DNA of 64,000 nucleotides from Oculina patagonica (Eukaryota): NCBI RefSeq assembly GCF_052425735.1, contig NC_135758.1, positions 12,524,001 to 12,588,000 of the forward strand, read 5' to 3'. Shown piece by piece: positions 1 to 12,694 of this stretch (position 1 is its first letter; each line of letters starts with the position of its first letter). The notes under the pieces were generated by a model. It saw only the letters and a program-made list of their open reading frames with translations, ran no database searches and was not told where the DNA came from. The position numbers and the translations under genes were made by a program.

Positions 1-66
1 CCCCAAGCCCGAGATTTGAACCTCGGCTCAGCCACACTCAGGGGAGTGCTCTCACCACCGCGCCAT
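1..66 (-). mobile_element. 5' part of a tRNA-derived SINE in A1 intron 2
   Basis: A/B-box-like head; matches the SINE at the same position in A2 (25770-26008). Confidence 0.6.
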
Positions 67-150
67 TCTGAAATCTACTGTCAATGTCTAAACTAAGCCC
101 TGGCTTGGAAATGAATATCTTTATTTTAGAAAATAAAGCACAGTACTTAC

Positions 151-1042
151 CATATTGTCGGGCAGATGATGTAGACGCACACCAGCTCTCTTCAGACATT
201 TACCAGTTTTCTTGATACACTCCAAATGCTCACAAGCATCATCTCCAGCTTTCTTGTGGCAAACGACCGCCCTGACTATGCACGCTTTCTGTTGAAAAAA
301 AATACAAAAAGGAAATGTGTGAGAAATCAAATTTAGAAGTTCCACACTATGTTTAAAATGCTTTTGGATAAATAGTAAAGAGTTTTTTTTCTTTATGTCA
401 GAGATCATGATTAGCAGGAATGTATAACATGTAATTATGAACTACTTTAGGTATTTTACGAAGCATTCTTTTTCGTGTTGCTTAAAGTTTTACATGCAAC
501 TACAATTTTCAAATGTGAAATGTTTAACTAATACCTAAAATTTCTTCGGTTTTTTTTATCGGATTGTTAGATCTTTTTTTCATCAACGTCCCACCCCTAT
601 CAGAAAATTACTTTACAGGCTCAAACCAGAGAAACGTTGAAATTAAAGGCACGAATTTCAAAAGCTTAACTGTACGAAAATATGTGAGGTATTTGCGATT
701 ATTTTCGGGTGGCATCCCGAAAGCTAGAGAGCTTTGGAGGCAATAAGGGCAAAAATTGGCTATGGCAGGCATTTGTTACACTGAAAAATAACCGGCTTTC
801 TTTTAATCAAATATAAGATAACTTACGACTCTTGGTGGAATTCCAGTGGGGAAACCGCTTGGGCGGAAGCTTGGTCGGAAGCTTGGTCGAGCGCTTGGGC
901 CGACGAGGCCGCGGACCTTCCTAGCCATTTCCTGATCTTCCATCTCGAGATAATGCAAGATGGCTTGAGGATGATATTCCATCTCCGCTCGGGCATACGC
1001 GGCCACTGCCGCGAGAAACAGCAAAGCTAACATTGCCTTCAT
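151..1042 (-). CDS. Secreted cysteine-rich protein A1 (exons 1-2; exon 3 lies off the window edge)
   Basis: Exon 1 is 1042-827 (MKAMLALLFLAAVAAYARA signal-like peptide, pro-region with RKVR, PS[A/F]R repeats) with donor GTAAGT. Exon 2 is 288-151 (acceptor ttttttcaacag; KACIVRAVVCHKKAGDDACEHLECIKKTGKCLKRAGVRLHHLPDNM; donor GTAAGT). Both introns are phase 0. The structure is mirrored in paralogs A2, B1 and B2. Confidence 0.88.
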
Positions 1043-1101
1043 GTTGACGCGTCTTATCTGTGCTTTGGAGAACACGATGTGAAAAGAGATGCGTTCGCTC
1101 C

Positions 1102-1109
1102 TTTATATA
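1102..1109 (-). promoter_or_regulatory. TATA box of A1
   Basis: TATATAAA on the minus strand ~60 nt upstream of the ATG; conserved in A2 (27520-27527). Confidence 0.7.
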
Positions 1110-3940
1110 GAGCATAGGTAGCGCCGGGGTGCTTTTTTCGCTTCCCGCGTGACAAGCTTTCGGAACAAAAGCGCTCCAGGCGTATTTAATCAGCTTTTAG
1201 ATCAATTTTTCCACTTAAGGCGTGTTTATCGAGCAACCGAAAATAGATTAAACGCTTTTGAGATGTTAAAATTACAAAGTCAACATGTTATAACCCCAAA
1301 ATAATCTTTTGTTTCTCTCGCGAGTTTTGTTAAAACATAGCTTTGTGCGAATTTGCGTTCTGTGGCTTGTGTAATTAACGTTTCTCAAAGAAATTAAAAA
1401 CGTCTTCAACAAGTCATGCCTTGGGCAAAGAAAGAAGAAATTTTGTACCCACTTATACACCAGAGATTCTGTTCTCCGTTTCGAGTACAACTTTTATATC
1501 GGCTTTTCTTGAAAATAAAACGAAAAAAAGAGTTTTTTGACATTGAAAACTCTCAGTTCTGAAGACGTTTCACTTACTACTTATCCTCATCGGGCCCATG
1601 AGGACTCTTGAGGCTGGAAGACGTTTCACTTGGCGTCGATGAATCATTTTAGAATAGACTTTAGAGGTTTTGAATAATGGAATATAAACTTCAAGACTCA
1701 GAAAGCTATATCAAATTCATAAACAACGTTGGTGTAAAGAATTGTACAGTTTCGTCGTGAAGTTCATTCTTCAAGCAGGTCATTTCTCACGGAAAATTTC
1801 ATTCTTCTTAAGTACCCGACCCTTATAAATAAAATGGTGTAAACCCTAACCTGAGTATAATGATGGATGCCCGTTACGGTTATTTCGGGCAGCCGTGTAC
1901 TCTTTTTTATTTTACTATTTTTTGTAAACTTAATTTTAATTTGGGGTACGAATAAAGTTGTTGTTGGTGTTGTTGTTGATTTTCACGCAAAATTATACCA
2001 ACAGAGAGAAAATAATTTCTACCAAAGACCTTAACTGACACAGACCCAAGTCAGAAATTATCCTTCGTTGGAAAGGTCACGCTCCGATTATAAAACATTA
2101 ACTATAAAGAAAAAAGGGCTGTTAATTCATCTCTTTTGACTTCAAGTTCATGATCAATTAAGTACATCACGGGCAACTTTGTCATCAGTTCTCGGGATAC
2201 GCTCATGCTCAATTGCAAACCTTTTTTGTAATATAAAAGTTAATATTATGTAAAGGTGACTGCATATAAAATGGAAGAAGAAAATTAACTCTTATGTAAT
2301 TTTAAGTGCTGGAAAATAACCCGGGAGCTCCTTGTGAGCGTTAGAAAGGAAATCGGGCACCACACAAGGCAAATAAAAGTTCAGTCTTTGACCTCGGTGG
2401 GAAATGTATTACGGTGGATCAACAAGAAGTCAAGAGGGCAAACGTCTTGATCTAGCAAGCTTCGACCTTGATACTACTGCGTCTAGCTTAAGAGGCTTGC
2501 ACGAGGGAGGAAGGGAAGAGGGAAGTTACTCTGATTGTTTAGATAAGCTATCTAGGTCTATGCAGCGCCCAAGGATATGATTTTTTTTTATCAAAATAGG
2601 TATAGATTTTTCGGCGTGCTCTGTAGATTTGAATTGGCATGTGGTGTGATTAGCATCGGGAATTCTGAAACCTTTCTCTAATGTTTACACAAATGGGATA
2701 TCTATTGCTGGGTTGCTGAGATTATGTATCAGATGAACCTTGGTGGTCTCAAATGGGGTATTAAGTTTGGATATGAAATTGGGTTGATATGACAAATAAA
2801 TTGGTTTAGTTTGAAATGGGGTAAGGATTTCAAAAAGCGGGCCGAACAACCCGCTTAACATTTCGGGGGAAAAACCCCGCCTTTACCCTTGGGGGTAGGT
2901 GCTTCGTGATTTTATAAGTAAAAATATAAAATCCGTGACTAAAATGTGTAAAGTAAAGGATTGTCCGGGAATTGCATATAAACAACGGCACAAAGGTATT
3001 AATTTCCCTTTTATCTTTTTTTTTTTCCTTTTGGAAACTACCTCACTTGCCTGCAAATTATTAGTCTTGTTTTGTTATTATTATAGTCACCTTCACTGTT
3101 AAGTTAGAAAGGAAATAAAGACAGGATTTAAACGTTCTGGTCCCTGTTGTTCAAAAGGTGGAAGTATGTTTTGTTTACACTTCTGGACCGCTATCCGGTG
3201 GATAGCGATATCCACCCTTTGAACAAATGGGCCCAGTTTTACTAGGAAATGCACCAGTAGTGGACCAAAAGTAATCATTATTCTGTAAATTTATTTTTTT
3301 AGAGTTTAATTTTCAAAACTTAACACTTCATATCTGGCACGGTTCATTTTCAACCTGAAGTCAACGTGCTTCAAACCTCTGGTTTAATGAAATATTGCCA
3401 AGTCCACTACGTGACTAAAAATGACAGACTAGTCACCAAAATATTTCCAACAAATATTTGCTCACTATCTTTTGTGCAAAACCCAACACAGCTGCGACTT
3501 TGCAAGAAAATTAATCTGCAAGTTTTAACATAACACATTTCCTCGACAGCTAATGAAAATAATAAAAGTTCACTGTACAAAACAGCGAAACGACATTTTT
3601 TCATCTCGACCGTGCTCTATGTTGCCCTTTTATTTATCCAGGTTACAAAACATTTTGATACGACTCGAACAAAAGTGTTTTTCTCGTTGTATTCAAGTTT
3701 TAACGTCTATGTAAACTCCATTGTCCCGGCATTGGCATAGACGAGGCAAGATCTTGCTACGAGGTTCTGGGGGCATGCCCTCCAGAAAATTTGGAATCCT
3801 AGAAGCTCCGAAACTCTTTCTGGAACATTTTTCATGAGGCATATCTTGAAAAAAAAAATTAATCTTGTTTAACTGGGGATTATTTTCTCAACTAAACATA
3901 TTTTGTTTTTACTTTTGGGTTCAAATCTAGACGAGGCAAG

Positions 3941-4769
3941 CATAGGCGTACGAGGCGGGGGGGGGGGGGGGCGGCGAGGGGGGCTGCAGCCCCCCCAGTG
4001 CCAAAATCTTTCGGGCAAAATGCTTGGAATTCGGGCAATAAGCCTAGAGAAAAAACAGAAAATAAGCCGAAAAGTTTAGTCAACATTACGTTCAAAACGA
4101 ATTACATCAGCAGGAAAAGCACTGGAAATATATTCCGAACTTTGTGGTTCAAAAGTCCAAATGTCTCATTCACCTGCTTTTGTTTCTTCTCGCAAATGGC
4201 TATAATCATGTTCGATTTTTCTCGCAAATTCTGCGTGAGCCCTCAGTTTGGTTTGATTCAAATGCAGTCAGCTTTTCCATAGCTTGAGTGTTTGCGCACT
4301 GTGGATTTAGTGCAAGACCTTGAAACAAAGCTGTTTTAAATGTAATGAAGATAATGCTTTCGACTCAGATGTTTAGTTCTCAGGGCTAGCTTAAAACTTT
4401 CAACGAAATGTTTTAAAACCCATTTATCTCTGAGTGTTTTACACGCTTTTCTATTACTTTCAAATGGGAAATGGGGGGGGGGGGGGGAACAATGTAAATT
4501 GGCTCCCCCAAATTAATTTAATTTTTGCTGAACTAAAATGAATAAATAAAATACTTCTGAAAAAGGATTCAATGTATTGACACCTTCGGACGACGCCACG
4601 AAATTAATTGAAGAACTTAAAGCAAGCAGGCGAAGTTTGTATATAACTATTTTAATGCATGTTTTATTTTCTTGTTTATATGCCACTTTTTTCGGCTTTC
4701 AACCCATGCCATTTTTTCGGGCAAAAAGGTCTCCGCCCCCCCAGGACCGAAGGTGCCCGTACGCCTATG
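3941..4769. mobile_element. hAT-like non-autonomous element
   Basis: TIR CATAGGCGTACG...CGTACGCCTATG with an 8-bp TSD GAGGCAAG. It is nested in a remnant of another element ending at ~4817 and is absent from the duplicated unit. Confidence 0.8.
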
Positions 4770-5357
4770 GAGGCAAGTGCCTCGTCTTGCCTCTTAAGCT
4801 TGTTGTTACGGCCCTGACCCAAGGCAAATTAAACTTATGATGGAGTGCAACGTTGTTGTTAAGAAAATCTTTCACAGCTGGTCAAAGTTTATTTCTCACT
4901 TTTTGGTGTTGATTTAACTTTTTGTAAACCGATAGAACATTTCCTTAATAAACAAAGAACCCTGTTGAAACGAACTACGGCGTGGTGAAAAGTGTTCGCT
5001 TTTCGAGAGTTTTTTCCCCAGTCAAGCATCTAAGCTATTTTTTAACCAAGCTGATCAAATGGTTATAACTCTTTAACGCCTCAAAAAGAGCCATGTAAAT
5101 ATCTTAAAAAATATCTAATGTGTTATCTTTGCTAATAAACGTCCTCGGGCGTAACCAACTCAATTTAGGGAGTCGACAAGAATCATATTTTGTTCCTGAA
5201 AACGAATCAGACCACAGCCCCATTTTGTTCACGAATTTTTAGAAACTGCTGAAAAAAATGGAAGCTTATGTCCAACACCAAAGGTTGCGAAGCTAGGGGT
5301 CAACGAAGCATCTGTTATAATTGAGTGTTCCTATCGTAATCTGTATGTTAACATATA

Positions 5358-6182
5358 CAGTTGAATCCCGATAACTCGAACCCTCAGTAACTCGAACCTC
5401 CCGCTAACTCGAACCTTTTTCGATTTCCCTTAAGGTGATTCCACTGAAATAGAAGGAGTATTAAAAATTTTCTGAAACTCGGTCCAGGTTACAATTATGT
5501 TATGAGCATTAAAAAAATGAAATAAAAAATGGGGGTCACCGCGCTAGTTTTTTTGTAAAATGGATGGGCATTATAGTAAATTTACGACCCCCGAGGTAGA
5601 TATTAGGAACCCTAGTAATTCGAATGGGGAACTATTGTTTCTAGAAAAAAATCATTTTTGCATTAAAGTATTAGTCTATTTCAACCAAATAGACTTTGAT
5701 CTTATATTAAAAACTATTCTTATTGTACAGGAATTAAGATAACGAAAGAAATTAAAGATTTTGCTTTGTGCGCACGTTAACGGCACTACCTAAAAACGTG
5801 TTTTTTAGGGCATTAAAATTAAAATATCTCAATGTAGAATTTGAAACTTTTCTTTAAATCGCGATATATTGTAGACAACCGTATGACATTTAAATTAATG
5901 CATTAAAAAATGGGGGTCACCGTGCTCGTTTAAGAGAAAACGACCATTTCTTTCCCTACCAAGCGTAGGCTGAAGGGAATTTCGTAGTGTTCTGTGTGCG
6001 CGCGCGCTCGTGCGCGCGCTAAATGACGCGAAAACGTATGCGCAGCAAGGATGCGCAATGCAATTCCGTGGAATCACCTTAAGGTCATTTTCTTACTAAT
6101 TTTACCCTCGATAACTCAAACTCCCGATATCTCGAACCTTTTTCGATTTCCCTTGAAGGTTCGAGTTATCGGGATTCAACTG
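5358..6182. mobile_element. Tc1/mariner-type MITE
   Basis: TIR CAGTTGAATCCCGATAACTCGAACC with a TA TSD; the empty site (aacatatacatg) is present in the second unit at ~31540. Confidence 0.88.
5434..6078. mobile_element. Kolobok-like element nested in the mariner MITE
   Basis: TTAA|GGTGATTCCAC...GTGGAATCACC|TTAA. Confidence 0.75.
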
Positions 6183-7302
6183 TACATCAAATATTTACCC
6201 TGTATGTTTTGTTAAGCCATCGAGCAGCACTCTAAGTTAGCTGAGCACAAAGCCTACGTGTTTGTTCGCAAGTAGCTAATAACACAAACGTTTATTCCTC
6301 GCCATCCTTTAACAGCTGCGTAAAGTTGTAATCTTCTTCGGCGTTGTGTTTGAAAAGCTATGATAAATATTTTGCGGGAATAAAAACAACACTCTTCAGG
6401 GAAACAAAGAACCCTCTCGAAACAAAGAACAACGAAGTTTAAATTTTTAACATTTTTAGAATTTATTAGTTTGCCCCAAAACTAGGCTGAACAAATACAG
6501 GTCGCATGAAAAATGAAAATTGTCACGTAGAAAGAAATGGCCGGTGGGTTGGGAGATAAGTTGAAAAATACTTACTAAAAAGTTAAGTAACGGCGTTGAG
6601 AATTACTCGTTGCCACTGCTATAGTTTTGCACATTTGATCTTGAGGATCAGTCTTTTGTTTTTATTAATTAACTTGTACAGTTAAGGGAATAATTTAAGA
6701 CACCAAAGCTGGGAATAATTTAAAGGAAATGTAACTGCAACCGACCAAAAAAAATATATTTCTGTAAAATGCAACTTTATAAAGTTTACTTTAGTTCCCT
6801 AAACTTAAAACTTTATATCCCTAGCTCATAGGTGATTACCAACCTGAAGTTGCCAAGGCCATTCAGATCTCGACTTAAATAAATTCTTCAAAGGATTAAA
6901 ACTAATTTCAACTAGTCACCGAAATATTTCCAAGGTATTTGTTCACTCTTTGTTGCGCAAAACCGCAAACACAGCTACGACTTTGCATAAAAGTGATCTG
7001 CAAGTTTCATCATTGCCAATTCCCCAGGCAGTGGAAGCATAAAAGCTTTACAAAACAGCATCGTCAACACGTTTTTCATTTCGCAAGGTTCTTTGTTGTC
7101 CTATTTCTAGAGCGAAAGTGTTTTTTTTTTCTCGTTGTATTTGTTTAACATCTGTGCAAATTCCATTGTCCCCCGCTTACTTTTGTTCTTTGCTGCACAC
7201 TTAACTTCAGTCAACACTAGTAAAGCAAAGCTGACTAAATAGCAATTAGGGGCAGTCTTTTGTTTTCCGCTAAGCAACAAAATTAAGTAAGGACTTCTCG
7301 AT

Positions 7303-7312
7303 TATATATAAG
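7303..7312 (+). promoter_or_regulatory. TATA box of B1
   Basis: TATATATAAG ~60 nt upstream of the ATG at 7367; identical in B2 (32711-32720). Confidence 0.7.
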
Positions 7313-7366
7313 GGGCATACGTTGTCTTTAAATTACAGTGTCGATTGCACACATCTTGAAGCCAAA

Positions 7367-9714
7367 ATGAAGACTCTTGCTGTTCTGTTTTTCCTCAGCG
7401 CCTTTGCAGCGTATGTGACCGCCAATGAAATGGCGTTTCACAAGGCTGTCTTTGATTTCTTGGACGAGAGACACGATGAAAGTATGGCCCAGGTTCTGAG
7501 AGACAATGGCTTGCCAGAAGATACTTTGGTAGCCGATGATCATCCCACACCACCAGACTGGGTCGTAAGTTGTTAAACTTATTTCATTTTTGATCTCTCT
7601 CTTCTTGTTAAAAGCACATGTCCTGAGCGTTGCTTATTGATTGCTTCAATAAGTACATGACTGCTCAGTTCTGTGGCATGTTGTGACCAATTACAGTCAA
7701 AATTTTCTCTTCTCGGCCAAACTAGTGAACTTGAATAAACTTTCACCTTTTTTCTCTGGTATGTTTCTAAATTACACTTGTTGCTTAGATTGTTGCCAAA
7801 ATAAAGCAAAAGAAAGAAAGTATTTTTCTTTTAAGTTTTGTAAGAAGTAACTATACACTCAGTGAATTATTTTTAACGCTGGGGTAAATTTATTTTATTT
7901 TCACTATGTCCAAAATTGTTGTTTGTCTTGTTGCTAAATTCAAAGATTTGTCGTTTTGAAACTATTTCAGTCGCTGTATTCAAAATAACTTCAAGTACAA
8001 ATTTGCGACTGGGTTGCAGTGCAAGAGTAATTTTTGTCCGTGCTGCCAAAACTATTTTTGCCCACGCTGTGATGCTGTATTGAAAATTATTTTAGTTGCT
8101 GAATCGTTCAAAGTTGTTGTTTTTGTCGCTTAAAATTATTTGGTAGAATGTTCTGAGTCATTTTGTCCGCGCTGGCATCACGCCTTGTTTTAGTCGATTG
8201 ATCATTCCAAGTTTTTCTTCAGCGCTTGCTTCAATTTAAAGAGCACAGAGCTATTTTTTCTCTGGCTCTAAAATTATTTTCGTTGCTGTAACGTGCTGGT
8301 TTGTTTTGTCTGCTTATCACGGCTTTAAATCAATTCCTCGAAATTCGAATGTAAACAGCCTAATGATGATTTAATAACATTGAAAATCGTGCTATGTTTG
8401 GTTAAGAACTGGGCCTCGACTAACGTTTTCGAACTGCAAGTTTCCCCCGGTCTCCAACTTATTTCCAACATCAATTCTCAGAAAACTGATGGAAAGTTTA
8501 AAAAGATAAATTCTAGGTCCAAATGCACAACATGAAACGAGGAGCCGGCCCTTATTCATCCTATAAATTAGATATGCCTAAACTAATTCTCTTGACCTCC
8601 ATGAACATTTTTTTCACAGAAACCTTGCATCGTCAAAGGAAAAATTTGCTGGAAGCTGTCTGGTCATGATGCCTGTAAAAAGCTAGCGTGTATTGATAAC
8701 TTCTTCAAGTGCGTTGTTTCAAACCACCCCACTCCACTCCCTTCACTCTCTCCTATACAGGTAAGTACATAACGTAACGTAACGCAACGCATTGTAACGC
8801 AACATAACGTAACGTAACTGAGCGCAACGTAACGTAACATATCGTAACGTAACTTAGCCACAACTTGATTCGTGTTTTGTCCCGTGGGCTTATTTCCTAT
8901 AATAGACTTTACGGTAAGGAACCCCTTTCAGGCTGGAGTGTATAAAATGGTAGGCGGGATTTGAAACATCTCAAACACACACGCACCTTACGGTAAATTC
9001 ATTTTTAAATAAAAAATAGTTTAAACTATTTTTAGGGTCTACTGCAGTTATATGAGGTCTGTGTTCGAGCCTTGTGGCCCGTCTGGCCAGAGGTTATCCC
9101 AATTTCAGTAGCATGAAGCCACTAGGAGTATTTCTACTCCCCCTGGATGGGATGCTAGTCCATCGCAGGGTTACCCCCAGCAGTAAATTCGCCGGTACCC
9201 ATTTATACACCTGGGTGGAGAGAGGCACAGAGTGAGAGTAAAGTGTCTTGCCCAAGAATACAACACAATGACCCCAGCCAGGGATCGAATCCGTACCGCT
9301 TGACTGTGACCCGGAGTCCAGCGCAGTAACCATTAGGCTACCGTCAGCTGCACCGTGCCTCCCGAAGGTATATGAATGGGGTACTATTTTCCATGGGAGG
9401 TATATATGAAATTGTTATCTTGTCTGTCAAAAATGGTATATAAAAGGGTAAGGTTTTTTATATTAGCTACGGCTGAACTTTGAAGGGTTTCGACGTCTGG
9501 GCGAAGCCTCTAAGCATGAGACTTTGTTGAGTACTACAGCTATTTTGTCCTCAAAAGTAATTTGTTTGTCTGTTGGTTTTTCCTCTTGCAGAAAGGCTGT
9601 GTAGCATTGCTTTATCTGTGCAGGAAGCATAGTCCTTCATGTGCCGGTGAATTGTGCTGCTTTGTTCGTATCAAGAGATGCTTTGCTTTCGCAAAGGGAT
9701 CTGGAGACCAGTGA
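7367..9714 (+). CDS. Secreted cysteine-rich protein B1 (3 exons, 153 aa)
   Basis: Exon 7367-7564 has the signal peptide MKTLAVLFFLSAFAAYVTA and an acidic pro-region. Exon 8620-8760 encodes KPCIVKGKICWKLSGHDACKKLACIDNFFKCVVSNHPTPLPSLSPIQ. Exon 9592-9714 encodes KGCVALLYLCRKHSPSCAGELCCFVRIKRCFAFAKGSGDQ*. Introns are GT-AG and phase 0; AATAAA at ~9836. Confidence 0.9.
8770..8852. repeat. (TAACG)n pentamer microsatellite in B1 intron 2
   Basis: Read directly; a shorter version is in B2 at ~33791-33817. Confidence 0.85.
9052..9345 (-). mobile_element. tRNA-derived SINE in B1 intron 2
   Basis: tRNA-like head followed by a conserved SINE central domain (TTGGGCAAGACACTTTACTCT...CCACCCAGGTGTATAAATGGGTACC); shared with B2 (34052-34313). 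Confidence 0.8.
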
Positions 9715-10253
9715 GTCCCCTGAGAACTGTTACACTGTTTCCATGGCAACAAATAGGACGATATCGAATGTGCAATTAGGCTCCAGTTATTTTAATATCA
9801 TATATATTCAGATGTATTTTTGCAGGCAATTAATCAATAAAAAGATAACACATGACTTTTTTAGTGAGTTTATTTCTGCGTTATGTTGTAGAAACCCTAG
9901 GGGACTGTATGCGGTGTATTGAAGTTTGCGTTTCACAGAATAATCGGGCTTATCTTTTATTGAATTTTTCGTGATTCGAGTGCGGCGATCGATTATTCGA
10001 GGGGGTGGTGTTAATTTAAAATTTAATTTATTTCTTGCTAACAGTAGTATGGTAACTAAACATTTGAATTTTCAAAAACAGAAAAATGTACGTTTTAAAA
10101 CTTGTCTGAAAAGGGGTAAAATGGGAACTGAGATTTGGGACAATTTTCACTGTAAAAATGAAATTTGGGTCACTGGGACAGGGAGTGGGAATTACAAAAA
10201 AATAGCAAAAGAACTATGAATGTGATTTGGAAAAAAATGGGCTGGGAAGCGGG

Positions 10254-10500
10254 TAGGCTTTGTAGCTGGCGGTATTGTTGGGTTTTTAAAGCGCGCACAA
10301 GCAAGCGGCGAAGCCGCGACAAAGAGCGGAGCAGCCGCGACTGGCTTGGGGAAGAGAAGCTGAACAGCTTCTCCTCCCGAAGCCACTCGCGGCTGCTCCG
10401 CTTGTTGTCGCGCCTCCGCCGCTCGCTGTCGTGGTGGTGGCTTCGCCGCTTGTTTGTGCGCGCTTTAAAAACCCAACAATACCGCCAGCTACGCAGGCTA
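10254..10500. mobile_element. AcademH-type MITE
   Basis: TAG...CTACGCAGGCTA termini, long internal inverted repeat and an exact 9-bp TSD GGAAGCGGG. Confidence 0.8.
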
Positions 10501-11794
10501 GGAAGCGGGATATTCTAGACATTCTACACCATAGCTATTCCCTTCCACGATGTTTACACCCTCCCTCCCCCCCTTGGAAATTTTTAATTTTCGGTCTATC
10601 AGTGCTGATAGTTTGTTGTCGTTTAAGTGCTTCCTTCCCCAGAACGCAATTGATTTCTTGTAGCGTCTCCGATTAACAGTTCTGGCATTTTTGGTCTCAA
10701 GCGATTTTCTTACAAATATTCATTGCCAACGAGACAGCCGAGCCAAGAGGCGAGGCTGTCGAGGCGGCAGAATCATAGAGCCGTGTGCGTATGAGTGTAT
10801 AGGCAGAGAAAATCTTAAGTTCTGCGTAAGGGACTTTTTTTACCATATTTGGGTGTAAGTAAACCCCATATTTGGGTTGTATTGTTCTTCCCAACTGGTT
10901 CCCAGTCTCTCACTCCTTGCTAGAGAGCAAATGACCAAAATGGCGTCCACGCGGCTCGCTGTTAAAATTTTCAATGTGGTCATTCATCCCTTTACCGATA
11001 AATACACCTTTAGGGAATTATAAATCGAAAGAGAATACCCTACAGAATATTCGACCGCCGAAAAAATGAACATCAAGGTCTTCGAAGTGATGAAATAATC
11101 TTTCGACTTTGGAGTCCTTTGATTTACGATCGAAGAGAGACATGAAAATCAAAAGCGGACTGTTGACTTCAAATAGAGTTTTCTTGACTTGTGAGAATGC
11201 TGAAGTCGGGTAAATGCTTCCTTTTAGTGTTGATTGTGTTTATAGTAATTGTTTGACCGATGATTTATTCCAAATCAAATACCGTTTATATTTTATTTGG
11301 CACGCATTTTCGCTCCGCGTAGGAATATAACATCAATACAAAGCGACGCTCAATATAATTACTGCATGTCATACACACAAGAAAGTCAAAAGTTTTTTTG
11401 CTTCTAACGGCAAATGTAATGTTAACTTGAATAAAAATTTTGTCTCCAAATAATCCTTGACCGTTCAAGTTTTGTTTTTTGTTCAAATTTTTCAAGTTTT
11501 GCGTAACTGAACATGACACTTCGCATGCGAGACTGAAATCTGTCCCGTGCATTACTGTCTCTTATTACTGAAAATTATTTTTAAAGAAGCATCTTAGCAG
11601 TTTTGATTTTGGGATTTGATTTATAAGAAGTTCTTGAAATGCATCTATCCCTTATGTGGACGGAAACATTTTAACCATCGCGTGTTGTATTTAAAAAACA
11701 GTGATTAAACCTCATTTATTGCCTACATTTTGTGACATTTTAACCTTGAAAAGAATTTAAAGATTTGTCAAGAGTTATCAATCTATCAAACCCG

Positions 11795-11887
11795 TAGCCT
11801 GCGTAGCAGACATCTGTGTACGTTTTTTAGTGTGCGCGATCGCGAGAATACGCGCGCTGGAAACTACGGCGCCTGCTACGCAAGCTA
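11795..11887. mobile_element. AcademH-type MITE (short, older)
   Basis: TAGCCTGCGTAGCAG...CTGCTACGCAAGCTA with a degenerate 9-bp TSD (tcaaacccg/tcaagcctg). Confidence 0.7.
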
Positions 11888-12220
11888 TCAAGCCTGTGTC
11901 ATTTATGAACACCAGAGAAATAGCACTTTTTTTCGCATATTACCTAAAATACAATTTACCATATTTTGGTCATTTCAAATATAGTTCTATCAAAAACCAT
12001 TCAATATCTGTTCTTATGAACAAACATGAGTATTTCGCTCGTTGGCACTTACCGATAGGTACTGTAACGAGAGGAAAATGATTATTTGGTTTAGTTTTAT
12101 TTATTCGCTTCGCTGTTAAAAACATAGAAAATCCAACGTAGAAATTATTGTTTTGGTTTGTTAGCTGTGAGATCATAACTGTAGATAACTGTTAAACTGT
12201 AAAAGCAACCTGCAGAAAGC

Positions 12221-12669
12221 TGTAATACACCTGCGAGTTTTTGAAAGTTATTTATGTTTCAGAACTAGGATTAACTTCAGCCAATCGAGCTTAGAAACGT
12301 TTGTTTATGTTCTCAAAAATAGCGTTTTCTCGTATGATGTAATCTGTATCGCGTCACTAGCTTGCCCTTAAGTAGAACAGCACTGTAAAATATTCTTTGG
12401 TTATGTCCTGCTAACGCACTGGTTATGTTCTGCCAGCGCTTACGCACTGGTTATGTTATTGGAATAAATCTCTACTGTTGGAGCCAAGTAACTGCGTATT
12501 CTCTGCCGTTCCGAAGGACTGTTGTTGCTGTGTTAGATCCCGAACTTCCCGTAGCTGCAAGCGTGGTTCCCCCTCTGTAAGTGTATACGGACGAACGACC
12601 GAAAACAGCGTTAAAACTCCCGTTTCAGTACAACTAGTTTGTAGTCACTGTGACCGAAAGTAAGCAACA
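12221..12669 (+). mobile_element. Probable solo LTR
   Basis: TGT...ACA ends, internal AATAAA at ~12463, near-TSD aaagc/taagc; absent upstream of the paralogous ZF exons. Confidence 0.55.
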
Positions 12670-12694
12670 TAAGCGGCCAACAGGAAATTTGAAC

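Noticed and set aside
9710-9717. Possible donor CA|GTGAGT overlapping the B1 stop codon, implying a fourth exon
   Set aside because: B2 has CAGTGATT, and a poly(A) signal follows in both copies.
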